DNA of 63,839 nt, filler included, from Octopus bimaculoides (taxonomy: Eukaryota): NCBI RefSeq assembly GCF_001194135.2. It is 8 parts of 7 records of this genome, joined end to end, with 100 filler letters (N's around TTAATTAATTAA, not from the genome) between each part and the next. Parts side by side here need not be neighbours in the genome. Positions count along the whole stretch, not along the records: positions 1 to 22,561 come from NC_068998.1; 7 more parts are not named here. One strand, written 5' to 3'. Shown piece after piece: positions 1 to 12,247 of this stretch; position 1 is the stretch's first letter; each line of letters starts with the position of its first letter. Under the pieces are notes generated by a model. That model saw nothing but the letters and a program-made list of their open reading frames with translations, was not told the DNA's origin and made no database searches. Position numbers and translations under genes: made by a program.

Positions 1-20
1 ATATATATATATAAATTTAG

Positions 21-50
21 ATAGATAAATAGTTAGATAGACAGACAGAC

Positions 51-122
<72 letters not shown>

Positions 123-213
123 TGATAATTAGATAGGTAGATAGATTGATAATTAGATATGTAGATAGATAGATGATAGATAGATAGATAGATGATAGAT
201 AGATAGATAGATA
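21..213. repeat. (GATA)n tetranucleotide microsatellite
   Basis: Long near-perfect agat/gata run read directly from the sequence. Confidence 0.97.
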
Positions 214-768
214 GGTAGTTTCCGATTGGAATAGTCAAATAAAACAATAAAATTCATACATGTTTGACGGTTAAACGTGTTTAAGTTGAGCAACAGATTC
301 AAATACAACCGGATGTCTTTGAATACAAATAATCTATTTCTCGAAATGTTTTGCACCGGAAACTAAATTTCCTGGCACCATTCCAAAGTCCCCATGAAAA
401 TTCCTCAATAGAACTTACCATTCTACTTTTAGTTCAGCTTCATCCCCGCCCCGCCTTCCTTTCATTTTCATCCTCTCACTACGAAACTGAGCAAAAGATT
501 GCAGAGTAACCTATGAGTCTTTCTGCAGTCCTTTTTACTACTAGAAATAGCAGCCAAATACCTCTGATTTCTTCTTCTGTGTTTGTATGCGCGCAAACAC
601 ATGTATGTATGTATATATGGATGGATAGATGGATGGATGGATAGATGGATGGATGGATGCGAATATATATATGTTCAAAAAAGAAACACGACAAAAAAAC
701 AACAGAAAACAACAACACGAGGACGTGATACAGATTGTGTTACAGGACGCTCGGGAAAGGATAGAAAG

Positions 769-1061
769 AGAATTTGACGGTAGACGGAAACTGAAAGAAG
801 CTCGTCGTATATATGTATTTATTTGTGTGTATGTGTGTGTATATGTTTGTGTGTCTGTGTTTGTTCCCCCAGCATCGCTTGACAACTGATGCTGGTGTGC
901 TTACGTCCCCCTTAACTTAGCGGTTCGGCAAAAAGTGACCGATAGAATAAGTACTAGGCTTACAAAGAATAAGTCCTGGGGTCGATTTTTTTTCGACTAA
1001 AGGCGGTGCTCCAGCATGGCGGAAGTCAAATGACTGAAACAAGTAAAAGAGTAAAAGAGAG

Positions 1062-1062
<1 letters not shown>
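769..1062 (+). mobile_element. SINE family B, 5'-truncated copy (body, internal TA/TG microsatellite, 3' tail)
   Basis: tagacggaaactgaaagaagctcgtcg...ggcggtgctccagcatggc...gactgaaacaagtaaaagag. The reverse complement recurs at 28830-29131, 38601-39026 and 58110-58385. Confidence 0.9.
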
Positions 1063-1150
<88 letters not shown>

Positions 1151-1234
1151 TCACACACACACACACGCGCACACAACACTTTAAGCAAATAAAAGATGGA
1201 GAAACAAGAGACAAAAAGTTGTTAGACTCCTTTC

Positions 1235-1412
1235 AGGAGGCGTGCTGGCAGAATCGTTAGCACGCCGTGTCAAATGTTTAGCTGCATTTTGTCCGTCGCT
1301 TCGACCTGAGTTCAAATTCCGACGAGGTCGACTTTGACTTTCATCCTTTCCCAGTCGATGAAATATGTACCAGCTAAACACCGGAGCCGATTTAATCGAC
1401 TTATCCGCCATC
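1235..1412 (+). mobile_element. SINE family A, diverged copy
   Basis: Head gctggcagaatcgttagcacgcc, B-box-like gagttcaaattcc and conserved core gaggtcgactttgactttcatcctttc. More than 20 similar copies occur in the window. Confidence 0.88.
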
Positions 1413-1562
1413 CCATGAGAGAGAGAGAAAGAGAGTTATCCTTTGGTTTGCAAGGTAGCTTGGTTCCGTGAGTCTGGCGTACAATCGAAATAATATAAAG
1501 AAAGGGAAATGGTTTTAATGACATCGATAAACACAAACAAAATTTAAACAATCACACTAGGT

Positions 1563-1942
1563 TGTTGGCACTCCGTCGCTTACGACGTCGAGGGTTCCAG
1601 TTGATCCGATCAACGGAACAGCCTGCTCGTGAAATTAACGTGCAAGTGGCTGAGCACTCCACAGACACGTGTACCCTTAACGTTGTTCTCGGGGATATTC
1701 AGCGTGACACAGTGTGACAAGGCTGGCCCTTTGAAATACAGGTACAACTGAAACATGAAGCAAGACTGAGAGAAAGCTGTGGTGAAAGAGTACAGCAGGG
1801 TTCGCCACCATCTCCTGCCGGAGCCTCGTGGAGCTTTAGGTGTTTTCGCTCAATAAACACTCACAACGCCCGGTCTGGGAATCGAAACCGCGATCCAATG
1901 ACCACGAGTATGCTGCCCTAACCACTGGGCCATTGCGCCTCC
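1563..1942 (-). mobile_element. SINE family C, full-length, with 12-bp target-site duplication
   Basis: Minus-strand head ggaggcgcaatggcccagtggttagggcagc...ggtttcgattcccagacc has tRNA A/B boxes. TSD atcacactaggt at 1551-1562 and 1943-1954. Homologues at 27965 and 46065. Confidence 0.93.
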
Positions 1943-2740
1943 ATCACACTAGGTAATATAGTTTTATTATGCAAGTTCTGTTTCGCATACAGTTTTTATT
2001 TTTTTGCGTTGTGTGTATTTTCCTATCAAATTTAGGACGGTAAATACAAACAAAACCCATCATTAGTTTTTGTACACCAAGATAGATTCCTGAATGCACA
2101 ATATTTCTTCTAATACAATTTATTGTAATTCGGCTGCATTATATAACACATAGAAATCATATAATATAATGGACAGTTATGAATAATGCAACAAAGTTGT
2201 AATGACTACGGTGATGCAATGAATCAAAAAGCATCAATAAACTTTTAATTTTCTTCTGGCACAACTCATACAGTTTTCAAGATACAACTTACCTAAGTAC
2301 AATGCTCTTATATACTAACTACAATGGAATGTTCCAGAACAATAAAACTTAAAGTAATTCATCAAATAACTAAGCATATCTTCATTGGCTTGCCCAGCCA
2401 GTCTGTTTATGAATTAATATTCTATTAATAGCATCTCATTGTTTTGCGCCACGCTATCTGTATACGTATTTCAACGGATTAAGCCTATCATGTTTGATTC
2501 TGGAAAGTTCTACATAAATACAGTTGTGTGATACGAGTAGAATTTCAACACATACATCGTTACGCATGACAGAAAATAATAGTTGATATAACTGACCAGA
2601 TACTGAGGCTATTATGAGAAGAATTTTAACATTGCGTTCAGTATACTGAAAATATATAAGAGTATCTTTAAATCAAGCGAAACGATTTTTCTGGTTAAAA
2701 AAGTGTCTTTATTCAGATAAGAACAATAAATACTATTTTA

Positions 2741-2928
2741 AGGCGGCGAGCTGGCAGAACCGTTAGCACGCCGGCGAAATGCTTAGTAGTATTTCGTCTG
2801 TCTTTACGTTCTGAGTTCAAATTCCGCCGAGGTCGACTTTGCCTTTCATCCTTTTGGGGTCGATAAATTAAGTACCAACTGAGCATTGAGGTTGATCTAA
2901 TTGACTGGCCCCCACCCCAAAAATTTCT
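2741..2928 (+). mobile_element. SINE family A
   Basis: aggcggcgagctggcagaaccgttagcacgcc...gttcaaattccgccgaggtcgactttgcctttcatcc...ggcccccaccccaaaaatttc. Confidence 0.92.
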
Positions 2929-3224
2929 ATGTGAAACTAATATATTACAAAAAAAAACTGCACGAAAAATATTCTTGAAGAAGATTATATCACCAGTTCC
3001 TTATCTTTTGGTCACTTTTCAAGATGAAGATGAAAACCCTAGCAGCCACCATTTCCTGATACGTAGTTAGCTGTAACTTAGTTGTAGATCTAAACTCTTC
3101 ATTTTGAACGCAGTAGTGATGAACTTTCTTACATTAGTCAACATAATCAATATCCTTATTTTAACTGCTCTTCGTTTGAAATATCATTCTGTTATTAACC
3201 GGTTTGTACAGACGTATGCATGTT

Positions 3225-3470
3225 GAGGTGGTCAGATTTTAGGACAGACGACATCAAAGAGTGGACTGAAAGCAAGAGCCTTGCTGGTTGTTTGCAAGCA
3301 GCACAACCCAGAGTCTTGGCAAGTAGACTCTTGGACACACAGAGACTCGCTGGCTGATGAAGTGCTAATCTAACGACTGGTGTTTCAGCAAACTTCCTGT
3401 TCGACATTCCACGGGTTCCAACAATCCTGGATTAGGGAGGGTCGACTGTAGGTCTATTAAAGGATGGCTA
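3225..3470 (+). mobile_element. RTE-like LINE 3' remnant
   Basis: Plus frame reads RWSDFRTDDIKEWTESKSLAGCLQAAQPR, resembling the RW.DDIKEWTG.SL..C...A C-terminus of RTE-clade ORF2. It is followed by a GC-richer UTR-like stretch. Confidence 0.55.
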
Positions 3471-3578
3471 CTGTCTTATAACTTTTTCAGTTCTACATCG
3501 TTAGATTTAACAAAAATCTCTTTAATATGAGATTTACTTCGCTCTTCTAAGCGTATTATTGACTCCGCACTATGATAT

Positions 3579-3619
<41 letters not shown>

Positions 3620-4272
3620 CGCGCATACATGTACACGCGCTTTTCTATGCGTATGTATACAATTGCGAATATGCGTGCGTATGTTTGTGTTTAAATTTGT
3701 TCTGTTCCCCAGCCATTCCACCGCAAATTTTAATCTCAGACAGGATTAACGAAATAGTATATTTCGAAGACTTATTAACAATCAGCATTACCAGGAAGGC
3801 TGCTGAGGGATTATCTGAACAGTTCTTAAATAATGACACCAAACTGGTTTTAAATAGCTACTTAGAAAAGTCATAATCACGTTATCATGCGATGTTTACT
3901 CTAACTCGTTTACAGATCCCTACACAAATGTTATGATTTCGGGGTGTAATTTAAAAGTTTCTCTGACAATAATAGTTGGTTTATATGACGAAATTTTGGA
4001 TAGATTTCATATTACCAGCTTCAGACTAAGATTGTGTAAGTTAATACGATATTGCGCTACGGTCTCTTGGTTCATCTATTTAAAAATAAAAAATAAGCTC
4101 TGTTATGTTGTGTGTTTGAATATAACACATTATTCTGCATAGAGTTAGTTCGCAGACCTGTGTGAGAAATGCTTTTACTGGGTCACCAACAAATTGTCTA
4201 TGATCTTATTTGATTTGTCTCTTTTGACCGACAGAATAGTACGGTAACTGGTAATGTTATTGGGCTCGTAGT

Positions 4273-4487
4273 CAGGCGGCAAGCTAGCAGAATCGTTAGC
4301 ATGCCGGTCGAAATGTTTATCAGTATTTCGTCCGTCTTTACGTTCTGAGTTCAAATTCCGCCGAGGTCGACTTTGCCTTTCATATTTTCGGAGTCGAAAA
4401 ATTAAGTACCAGCGAAAAACTGGGGTCGGTGTAATCGACTATCCCCCTCCCCGCAAATTTCAGGCCTTGTGCCTATAGTAGAAAGGA
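4273..4487 (+). mobile_element. SINE family A, full-length (tail type A1), with 16-bp TSD
   Basis: Perfect TSD ttattgggctcgtagt at 4257-4272 and 4488-4503 flanks a head-core-tail copy. Confidence 0.95.
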
Positions 4488-5479
4488 TTATTGGGCTCGT
4501 AGTAAAATCCAGCTTTCGACAACGGATGCCCTTGGGATCAAAGATGGCTAGATTACAGAAGTAATGATGCCGAGATCTCCAAAATATTTCGCCACCACAA
4601 GTAAAAAGAACGTTCCATAGACTTCATGGACACCAGAAGAATTGGCAATCTTTCCTTTGATGGTTTCCTAGATCTTGTAAATTCTCGACAATAGAAACTA
4701 AACAAAGAAATAAGTGGTAGAGAGCAACTTGGAAAATACATCAAAGAAGCAATATCAGGAATTCGTTAAGAATATGTTTCATATGTGCAATCACTTCATC
4801 TATAGCATAATCAATAGAAATTCTCTTTTGCTCTTCAGAAAACCTCAACGCGGAGCGAATTCTAAGCAATGGAAGATCAAAATATTTCAGAACAATTTGG
4901 CACTCTTTGGCAAGTTATGCATTTTATATGGAATTAAGATGATAACTATTCCAGGTTCTTTGGCAGTTCTTCCTGTCTTCCCTTTCAACCTTTAGTAATC
5001 TACAAAGTCAGATCTTTTAAAATATTCTGAGCAACTCAGGAAATCAAAGCCATCTTCAACGTACGGCTGTAAAGTCATAGTTGCTACTGTGAAAATCGTA
5101 CCAGCGTCACTATTTTCCATGAATATGCCAACAGTGTATTCATACCTTATCTGGAGAAGCGACTGTCGATAGCTACACGGTTAGGTGCTGTGTAGGACAT
5201 ATATGTATTGGCATGCATACATACATGCATACATACATGCATACATACATGCTAGGTAGTTTCAGGAAATCTACTCAACGGAAAGAGAGCTATGGACGTA
5301 CATAGAAAAGTATCGCTTGGTATCAAACTAGTATGTAAATGAATGAACTTCCTTGTGTGAAGGCAACGAATTAAGACCTTTATTTTGTTTTTGACTTCCA
5401 AGGTGCAGAATTCCAGGAGTTTAACTATAGCCTGTACACAACATTTGGGTCTTCTTGACACGATTACCTCTCATAACCT

Positions 5480-5525
<46 letters not shown>

Positions 5526-7091
5526 NNNNNNNNNNNNNNNNNNNNNNNNNNNNNNNNNNNNNNNNNNNNNNNNNNNNNNNNNNNNNNNNNNNNNNNNNNN
5601 NNNNNNNNNNNNNNNNNNNNNNNNNNNNNNNNNNNNNNNNNNNNNNNNNNNNNNNNNNNNNNNNNNNNNNNNNNNNNNNNNNNNNNNNNNNNNNNNNNNN
5701 NNNNNNNNNNNNNNNNNNNNNNNNNNNNNNNNNNNNNNNNNNNNNNNNNNNNNNNNNNNNNNNNNNNNNNNNNNNNNNNNNNNNNNNNNNNNNNNNNNNN
5801 NNNNNNNNNNNATGCTCAGCGTTTTCAACACAACATCAGAAAATATCTCTCCACAGTAGTGCTGGTAAATGTGAGGTTTAGAGTAAAAAATAAATAGATA
5901 AATAAATAAATAAATAAATAAATAAACAATTAAATAAATAAATAAATAAACTAAGGTCAGCCAAAATGATTGCGGTTGTTATTTTTTACTTGTTTGCTTT
6001 TAATTTGCCTCATAAACACAAACGAAATAAAACAAAACTGCAGAAAACATCCCACGAAAACAACTCCATAAAAATGATGTCGCCCTCCTATACTCAATCA
6101 GCCATCTTTGTTCTTCGCCTCTCGTAATTATGAGCAACATTGTATAGAGAGAGTTCAACAGCTTCAATAAGTTTTATTGTTTTATTATTTGCAAATTATC
6201 ATGTTTGTTATATTTATTCTATTTAGAGTTTCTCTCTTCTCCGTAGTATTTGCAATAATAATAATAATAATAATAATAGTGTTAAAGAAACGAATAGTAA
6301 ATAAACAAAAACCGCAACTGCATTGAAAATTCTTAACCAAACATTTCGTCGTAGAATCCACGTATCAAATGGAGTTGATGAAGTGTTTCTCTCCAGTCTC
6401 AATGGATTTTCACTTTGTAATCTTTCAACTAATTCTTTGACAACACAAATTTTATTATCTTCAATTGAGATATACGAGTTCAGTGCGTTGTGCGGCTTTT
6501 ATCAAGACATTTTGTTACGTCAAAAACAAAAACAATACCACAAAAAAAAAAAAACAATGTTTAATCAAACGCTCTGTGCCAAATTCTACGGAAGGGATTT
6601 GTTATTAAGGTAAATTGTTCTTGTAATGCTGTAGCAACATCGTCATTTACTGTAATAAACCTCAACAAACTCTTTTTTTTTTTTTGTTAAATCTATATTA
6701 ACAGGAAAAAGAAAAAAAAATTAAATAATACAAACTCCTTGCATATATACATCTTTATATACATATGTATATCATATATATATATATGTGTGTGTGTGTG
6801 TGGGTGTGTGCATATCTATATATGCATATAATTGTATATCCATATCTATCTATCCATCTCTCTCTCTCTCTCTCTCTTTGTATATATATGTGTATATGTA
6901 TATATATATATATATATATAATTATTTTATCTTTCTCGGTTTATCGAATAGCTAACTCTCATTAGGGGTCGTAACTTGGTGTTATTTACACCACCTGTCC
7001 TCGTCTGTTGTTATTATTTGTATATTCTCCCATATATACAGTATATGTATGTGCGTGTGTGCATTTGTGTGTGCGCCCATATATCTGTATG

Positions 7092-7138
<47 letters not shown>

Positions 7139-7421
7139 NNNNNNNNNNNNNNNNNNNNNNNNNNNNNNNNNNNNNNNNNNNNNNNNNNNNNNNNNNNNNN
7201 NNNNNNNNNNNNNNNNNNNNNNNNNNNNNNNNNNNNNNNNNNNNNNNNNNNNNNNNNNNNNNNNNNNNNNNNNNNNNNNNNNNNNNNNNNNNCGTGTATT
7301 CTAATTGTATACAAAATGCTTTTATGAGTTTCTAATTAAGACTTTATTGGGTTTTTTTTTTAAGTTCTGCAATTTTGCAGGCATCAGGTAATAGAAAAGT
7401 TTAAAAACACGTGTGAGGACT

Positions 7422-7641
7422 CACGAGGTGGTGCTGGAAAGTTCCTGGTCTTGGGTAAAAGAAGTTACAGGAGGAATCAGTTAATTATGATTTTATTCAA
7501 CATATTCCCCTCTCAGGTTCATACACTTATTACAGTAGCCCTTCAGTTTTTCTAAGCCCTGTAAAAGAACTCAGAAGGTTGGGTCCCAACCAGGCCTTTC
7601 GCGAAACCCTTAAAGCCAGGAACTGTCAGCATCCCATCGTA
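7422..7641. mobile_element. mariner-type MITE (~220 bp)
   Basis: Imperfect terminal inverted repeats: cacgaggtggtgctggaaagttcctgg on the left and aaagccaggaactgtcagcatcccatcgta on the right (rc tacgatgggatgctgacagttcctggcttt). The TACGAG-type end is typical of mariner. Confidence 0.75.
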
Positions 7642-7696
7642 AATGCAGCACAGAAATTAGAGCAATTCGTAAATTAGACACTAAGTATCTCAATAT

Positions 7697-8024
7697 CACG
7701 CCGGGCGAAATGCTTAGCGGTATTTCGTCTGACGCTAAGTTCTGAGTTCAAATTCCATCGAGGTCGACTTCGCCTTTCATCCTTTCGAGGTGGATAAATT
7801 AAGAACCAGTTACGCACTGGGGATCGATGTAATCGACGTAATCCCTTTTTCTATCCTTGTTTGTCCTCTCTATGTTTAGCCCCTTGTGGGCAATAAAGAA
7901 ATAAGAAACGTCAGCACGCCGGGTGAAATGCTTAGCGGTATTTCGTCTGTCTTTACGTTCTGAGTTCAAATTCCGCCGAGGTCGACTTTGCCTTTCATCC
8001 TTTCGGGGTCGATAAATTAAGTAC
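7697..8024 (+). mobile_element. Two tandem SINE A copies (first with tail type A2)
   Basis: 7697-7905 ends tccttgtttgtcctctctatgtttagccccttgtgggcaataaagaaataag. A second copy starts immediately at 7906. Confidence 0.9.
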
Positions 8025-8130
8025 ACGTGTCTGTTGAGTGCTCAGCCATTTGCACGTTAATTTCACGAGCAGGCTGTTCCGTTGATCAAATTAACTGGAA
8101 ATCTCGTCGTCATAACCGACGGAGTGCCAT
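8021..8130 (+). mobile_element. SINE family C 3' part fused to the preceding SINE A
   Basis: gtacacgtgtctgttgagtgctcagccatttgcacgttaatttcacgagcaggctgttccgttgatc...gacggagtgcc matches the family C 3' half. Confidence 0.9.
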
Positions 8131-8640
8131 ANNNNNNNNNNNNNNNNNNNNNNNNNNNNNNNNNNNNNNNNNNNNNNNNNNNNNNNNNNNNNNNNNNNNN
8201 NNNNNNNNNNNNNNNNNNNNNNNNNNNNNNNNNNNNNNNNNNNNNNNNNNNNNNNNNNNNNNNNNNNNNNNNNNNNNNNNNNNNNNNNNNNNNNNNNNNN
8301 NNNNNNNNNNNNNNNNNNNNNNNNNNNNNNNNNNNNNNNNNNNNNNNNNNNNNNNNNNNNNNNNNNNNNNNNNNNNNNNNNNNNNNNNNNNNNNNNNNAT
8401 ATATATAAACAATATATAAGTACATGCATATATATGTACATGTATGTACATACCTTCATCTACATGTACATATAGATACATATCTGGGTACAGGACGTTG
8501 CAAAAAAACATGGACAAAATGATAAACAAGGTACAAAAAGCAGGCCACATAGAGAACATATCCTTCATCATCTGCCACCATTAAAACACTGGCGTTTCGA
8601 AGAGATACAGAGAGAGAGAGAGGGGGAGCGACAGACAGAC

Positions 8641-8683
<43 letters not shown>

Positions 8684-9535
8684 CAGATAGAAGTATGAAT
8701 TAAAATGGAAAATGATAAAGCAAAACATGGTATCACTCGAACAAGCATTCAAAATTAGCGAGAGAATATACGCAGGTAGAGTCTCTTACCGCTGTTTCTA
8801 GAATAGCCAAGCAAGTAGATCGTAATATTGAGTAAGGATTCCATAAGCTAAGTCCTCTGTCATCGGAGAGAGAGAGAAGTCAGAAGATATAAAAATGAAA
8901 AATATCCCCGGTAGAGGATGCTTATACTTTCCGGTTTGTCGAGAAATGAAGGAAGGATCAGAATGAAAAATATATGCGTTAGCGTTAATTAGTTCCATGT
9001 TTGAATAAATTCTGAAGTTATAAGTAAAGTCCATTATCAATTCCATAGGTAAATATTTCAATATTTCATGATAATGTATTTCATTTTGCTATGGATTATC
9101 ACCAAATATTCGCCTTTGTCAATGATAATGGGCCTTTTAACTGATGATGTCCACAGGAAAGGAAAAGCCGATACAACGTGACACTGGTATTGTCATAGGC
9201 ATTGCTTTCAGATGTAAAAAGCCAGAACAAATAGGGTAATGCGGTACATCTTTTTAGCGATCCCCACCGCCGTCATCCAGCCGAAGATAGCCTGCAAGTG
9301 GGTGAATTAGAACAATATTTTGGAAGAAGTAGTGGTTGTGTTGGACGATGACTAAGAAGTGGGGGAAAACATACATAGAAGCGAGACACTTCTATGTTCG
9401 GCCTACATGGAAAGACAGGGTTAACCAGGGCGAGATTTGAACAAATATCACAAGCCAAGGCAATCTGTCCTGTTTTGCGCTCCAGCAATTCACTTCGTTA
9501 TACATTTATACATATATACGCACATACATACATAC

Positions 9536-9694
9536 ATCCATCGCAGCGTTACTCATTTTTGCCACCTGATTGGATTGGAGCAACGTGAAATGAAGTGTTT
9601 TGCTCAAGAACACAATGCGTCGCCCAGTCCAGGAATCGAAACCACAATCTTACGATCATGATGCTGACACCCTAACCACTAAGCAACGCGCCTC

Positions 9695-9698
<4 letters not shown>
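9536..9698 (-). mobile_element. SINE family D (V-domain-like body), 3'-truncated
   Basis: The minus strand has a tRNA-like head ...cttagtggttagggtgtcagc...ggtttcgattcctggac, then gtgttcttgagcaaaacacttcatttcacgttgctcca. Homologues at 12654, 26130, 44925 and 60170. Confidence 0.88.
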
Positions 9699-9750
<52 letters not shown>

Positions 9751-9777
9751 TACATACATGCACACACACACATACAC

Positions 9778-9817
<40 letters not shown>

Positions 9818-10261
9818 GAACATATATACACACGCAGAAGTAGAGAAAAAGCGAAAAGGCGAGGTGGAGATTCCGTTACGTAAATGAAAGTAATGTGTGA
9901 GCAAGTGTTAATTAGATCTCTATATGTTAACTTTTAAAAAATGATAATAATAAACAAATCGAAATATATAAATCAATTACGACCGAGTGAATTACGAAGT
10001 CTCTTGATTACATTCCGCTTTAACTATATAATGGTAACACACAATGCCATGTCATATATCATAAAGCCATTTGCGATAAAAAAAAAATTGTCTCATCTAA
10101 TACAAATTTATATTATAATTTAGAAATCGACTGGAGAAAAAAAATATGAATAGAAAACTTCTGATGTGTCTGAGGAATGAAGTGAACAGGTACAGTTTTT
10201 GAAGCACCGGTGTAGAGACCTCAAGATACCTTCGGTCCAGGGTATAAGATGTTTTTTCACA

Positions 10262-10401
10262 GCTATTTTGGTGCTGCCTATTTGACGCCAATTATTTGGC
10301 ACCGCCTATTTGGCGCAGCCTATTTGACGTCACCTGTTTGGCGTCACCTACTTGGCTCCACCTATTTGCCGTCGCCTGTTTGCCGCCGCCTATTTGCAAC
10401 T
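10262..10401. repeat. Degenerate 14-bp tandem array (~10 units, consensus gcctatttggcgcc)
   Basis: Units such as gcctatttgacgcc, gcctatttggcgca, acctgtttggcgtc and gcctatttgcaact are read directly. Confidence 0.9.
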
Positions 10402-10830
10402 GCGCAGTAGCTTGGGCAGCTGTCTTTTACTATAGCCTGACAAATGCCTTGTCAACGAATTTGATAAATGGAAACTGTGTGGAAGCCCCCTCCTATATAT
10501 GTGTGCGCATATGTGAGTGAGTGTATGTTTGTGTTTGTGTGTATTTGCGTGACATTGTATGTGTGTTTGTCCCACGCACCTCCACCGCTCGACAAATAAT
10601 GCTGGCTTGTTTTCCGTCCCCGTATGTAACACACACGCACACACACACGCACACACACAAAGGCACACGCGCGCACAAAAACACACCCGCACACATACAC
10701 ACACACATACACGCATATATCTATGTATAGGTTAGCTTCCACGCAGTTTTCGTCAACAAAATCCACTCACAAGTCGGTCCAGGGCTATAATAGAAGATAC
10801 TTGCCCAAGGTGCTGCACAGTGAAACTGAA
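10402..10830. mobile_element. Two diverged SINE B fragments in inverted (tail-to-tail) orientation
   Basis: 10402-10628 is plus (cttgggcagctgtcttttactatagcc...gccttgtcaacgaatttgataaatggaaactg + TG repeat). 10629-10830 is minus (CA repeat + cagttttcgtcaacaaaatccactcacaag...gctataatagaagatacttgcccaaggtg). Confidence 0.75.
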
Positions 10831-10896
10831 CTTGCAATTATGCTAATAATTTTTCCATCTCGCCGCCTTGGTTTCTTTTCAAAATATTACCGCAAT

Positions 10897-11352
10897 AATT
10901 CTTTTCTACTCTGGGCACAAGGACCGAAACTTTGGGGGGGGGGGCAATCGATTAGATCGACCCCAGTACGCAACTGGTACTTAATTTATCGACCCCGAAA
11001 GGATGAAAGGCAAAGTCGACCTCGGCGGAATTTGAACTCAGGACATAAAAAGACAGACGAAATACCGCTAAGCATTTTGCCCGGCGTGCTAACGTTTCAG
11101 CCAGTTCGCCGCCTTGCTAACGATTCTTACTGGCCACAAGAGGCTACACACAGAGGGGACAAACAAGGACAGACAAAGGGATTAAGTCGATTATACCGAC
11201 CCCAGTGCGTAACTGGTACTTATCTAATCGACCCCGAAAGGATGAAAGGCAAAGTCGACCTCGGCGGAATTTGAACTCAGAACGTAAAGACAGACGAAAT
11301 ACCGCTAAGCATTTCGCCCGGCGTGCTAACGATTCTGCCAGTTCGCCGCCTT
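10897..11352 (-). mobile_element. Two tandem SINE A copies (tail A1 at 10897-11115, tail A2 at 11122-11352)
   Basis: Both carry gaaaggatgaaaggcaaagtcgacctcggcggaatttgaactcag and end in ccagttcgccgcctt. They differ only in the tail. Confidence 0.93.
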
Positions 11353-12247
11353 CCTGCCAGTTCGCCGACCGCAATAATTGAAACAGCTTCGAGTGAGAAC
11401 CGAACCTGGTTCCAGGCGACTCATCACTGCCAAAATCTCGCTACATGCGGTGCAACAACCAGCGTTGTTCCACAAATGACTGATAAGTGTGTTACTCTGA
11501 CAATCAGCAGCTCTATGATTTAATCGTCTTTAAATCGATGAAATATTAATTCAGACTTACGCGAACGATGTTTTTCGTTTTTCTTCTTTTCTTATTTTTT
11601 TCTCCTCCACTAATCTTGTAGATAAGCAACATAATGTTAATATATTAATACCATACTTTTCTCTTTGTTTGATATATTTCTACTCACACATACCAAGAAA
11701 ATTATTATTAGTATCGTTATTATTGTTGTTGTTATTAAGATAATCTGTAATGTATTCGATGGGTTCTCAGATGAACTTTCGGCGCATTTTTGCCAATATC
11801 AATGCTTTTAAAGTCGGAAATGTTGTTAATATTTAACTAATTTTCCCTTGTCCTTCATCCACTCGAAACATCTAAGCAGAAAGTGGAATAATAACTTCAC
11901 TATGAGAGAGAATTAAATCATACAAGCATTGTAAACTACGGTGAAAGATGAATAACGATCCGTAGCCAAAACGGTTAATTCAGCTTGCAGAATCTAGTGT
12001 TGGGGTATAAAGGAACAGTAGCAGAGGTAGTTGTGCTGGTGGTGGTGGCGGTGGTGGTTGTGGTGGTGATGGTGAAGAAACTAATCCCTCGCTTTCCAAA
12101 GTGCACCTATCGGTAAATTCAGGGCTTATCTCCAATATCCAACCTCCGATCTCTATAGATTTTAGCGAGGAACACACAGCTCGCCTCTTGATAAGCATTG
12201 CAAGTATGATGGGTAAATTTAACCGCCGGAGAAATTGTTTCGTTCGA

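Noticed and set aside
2287-2294. Perfect minus-strand splice donor AG|GTAAGT
   Set aside because: An 8-mer is expected occasionally by chance, and no convincing upstream coding exon was found.
9141-9180. CTGATGA...GATAC possible hammerhead
   Set aside because: GAAA is not intact and no convincing stem I or stem III forms.
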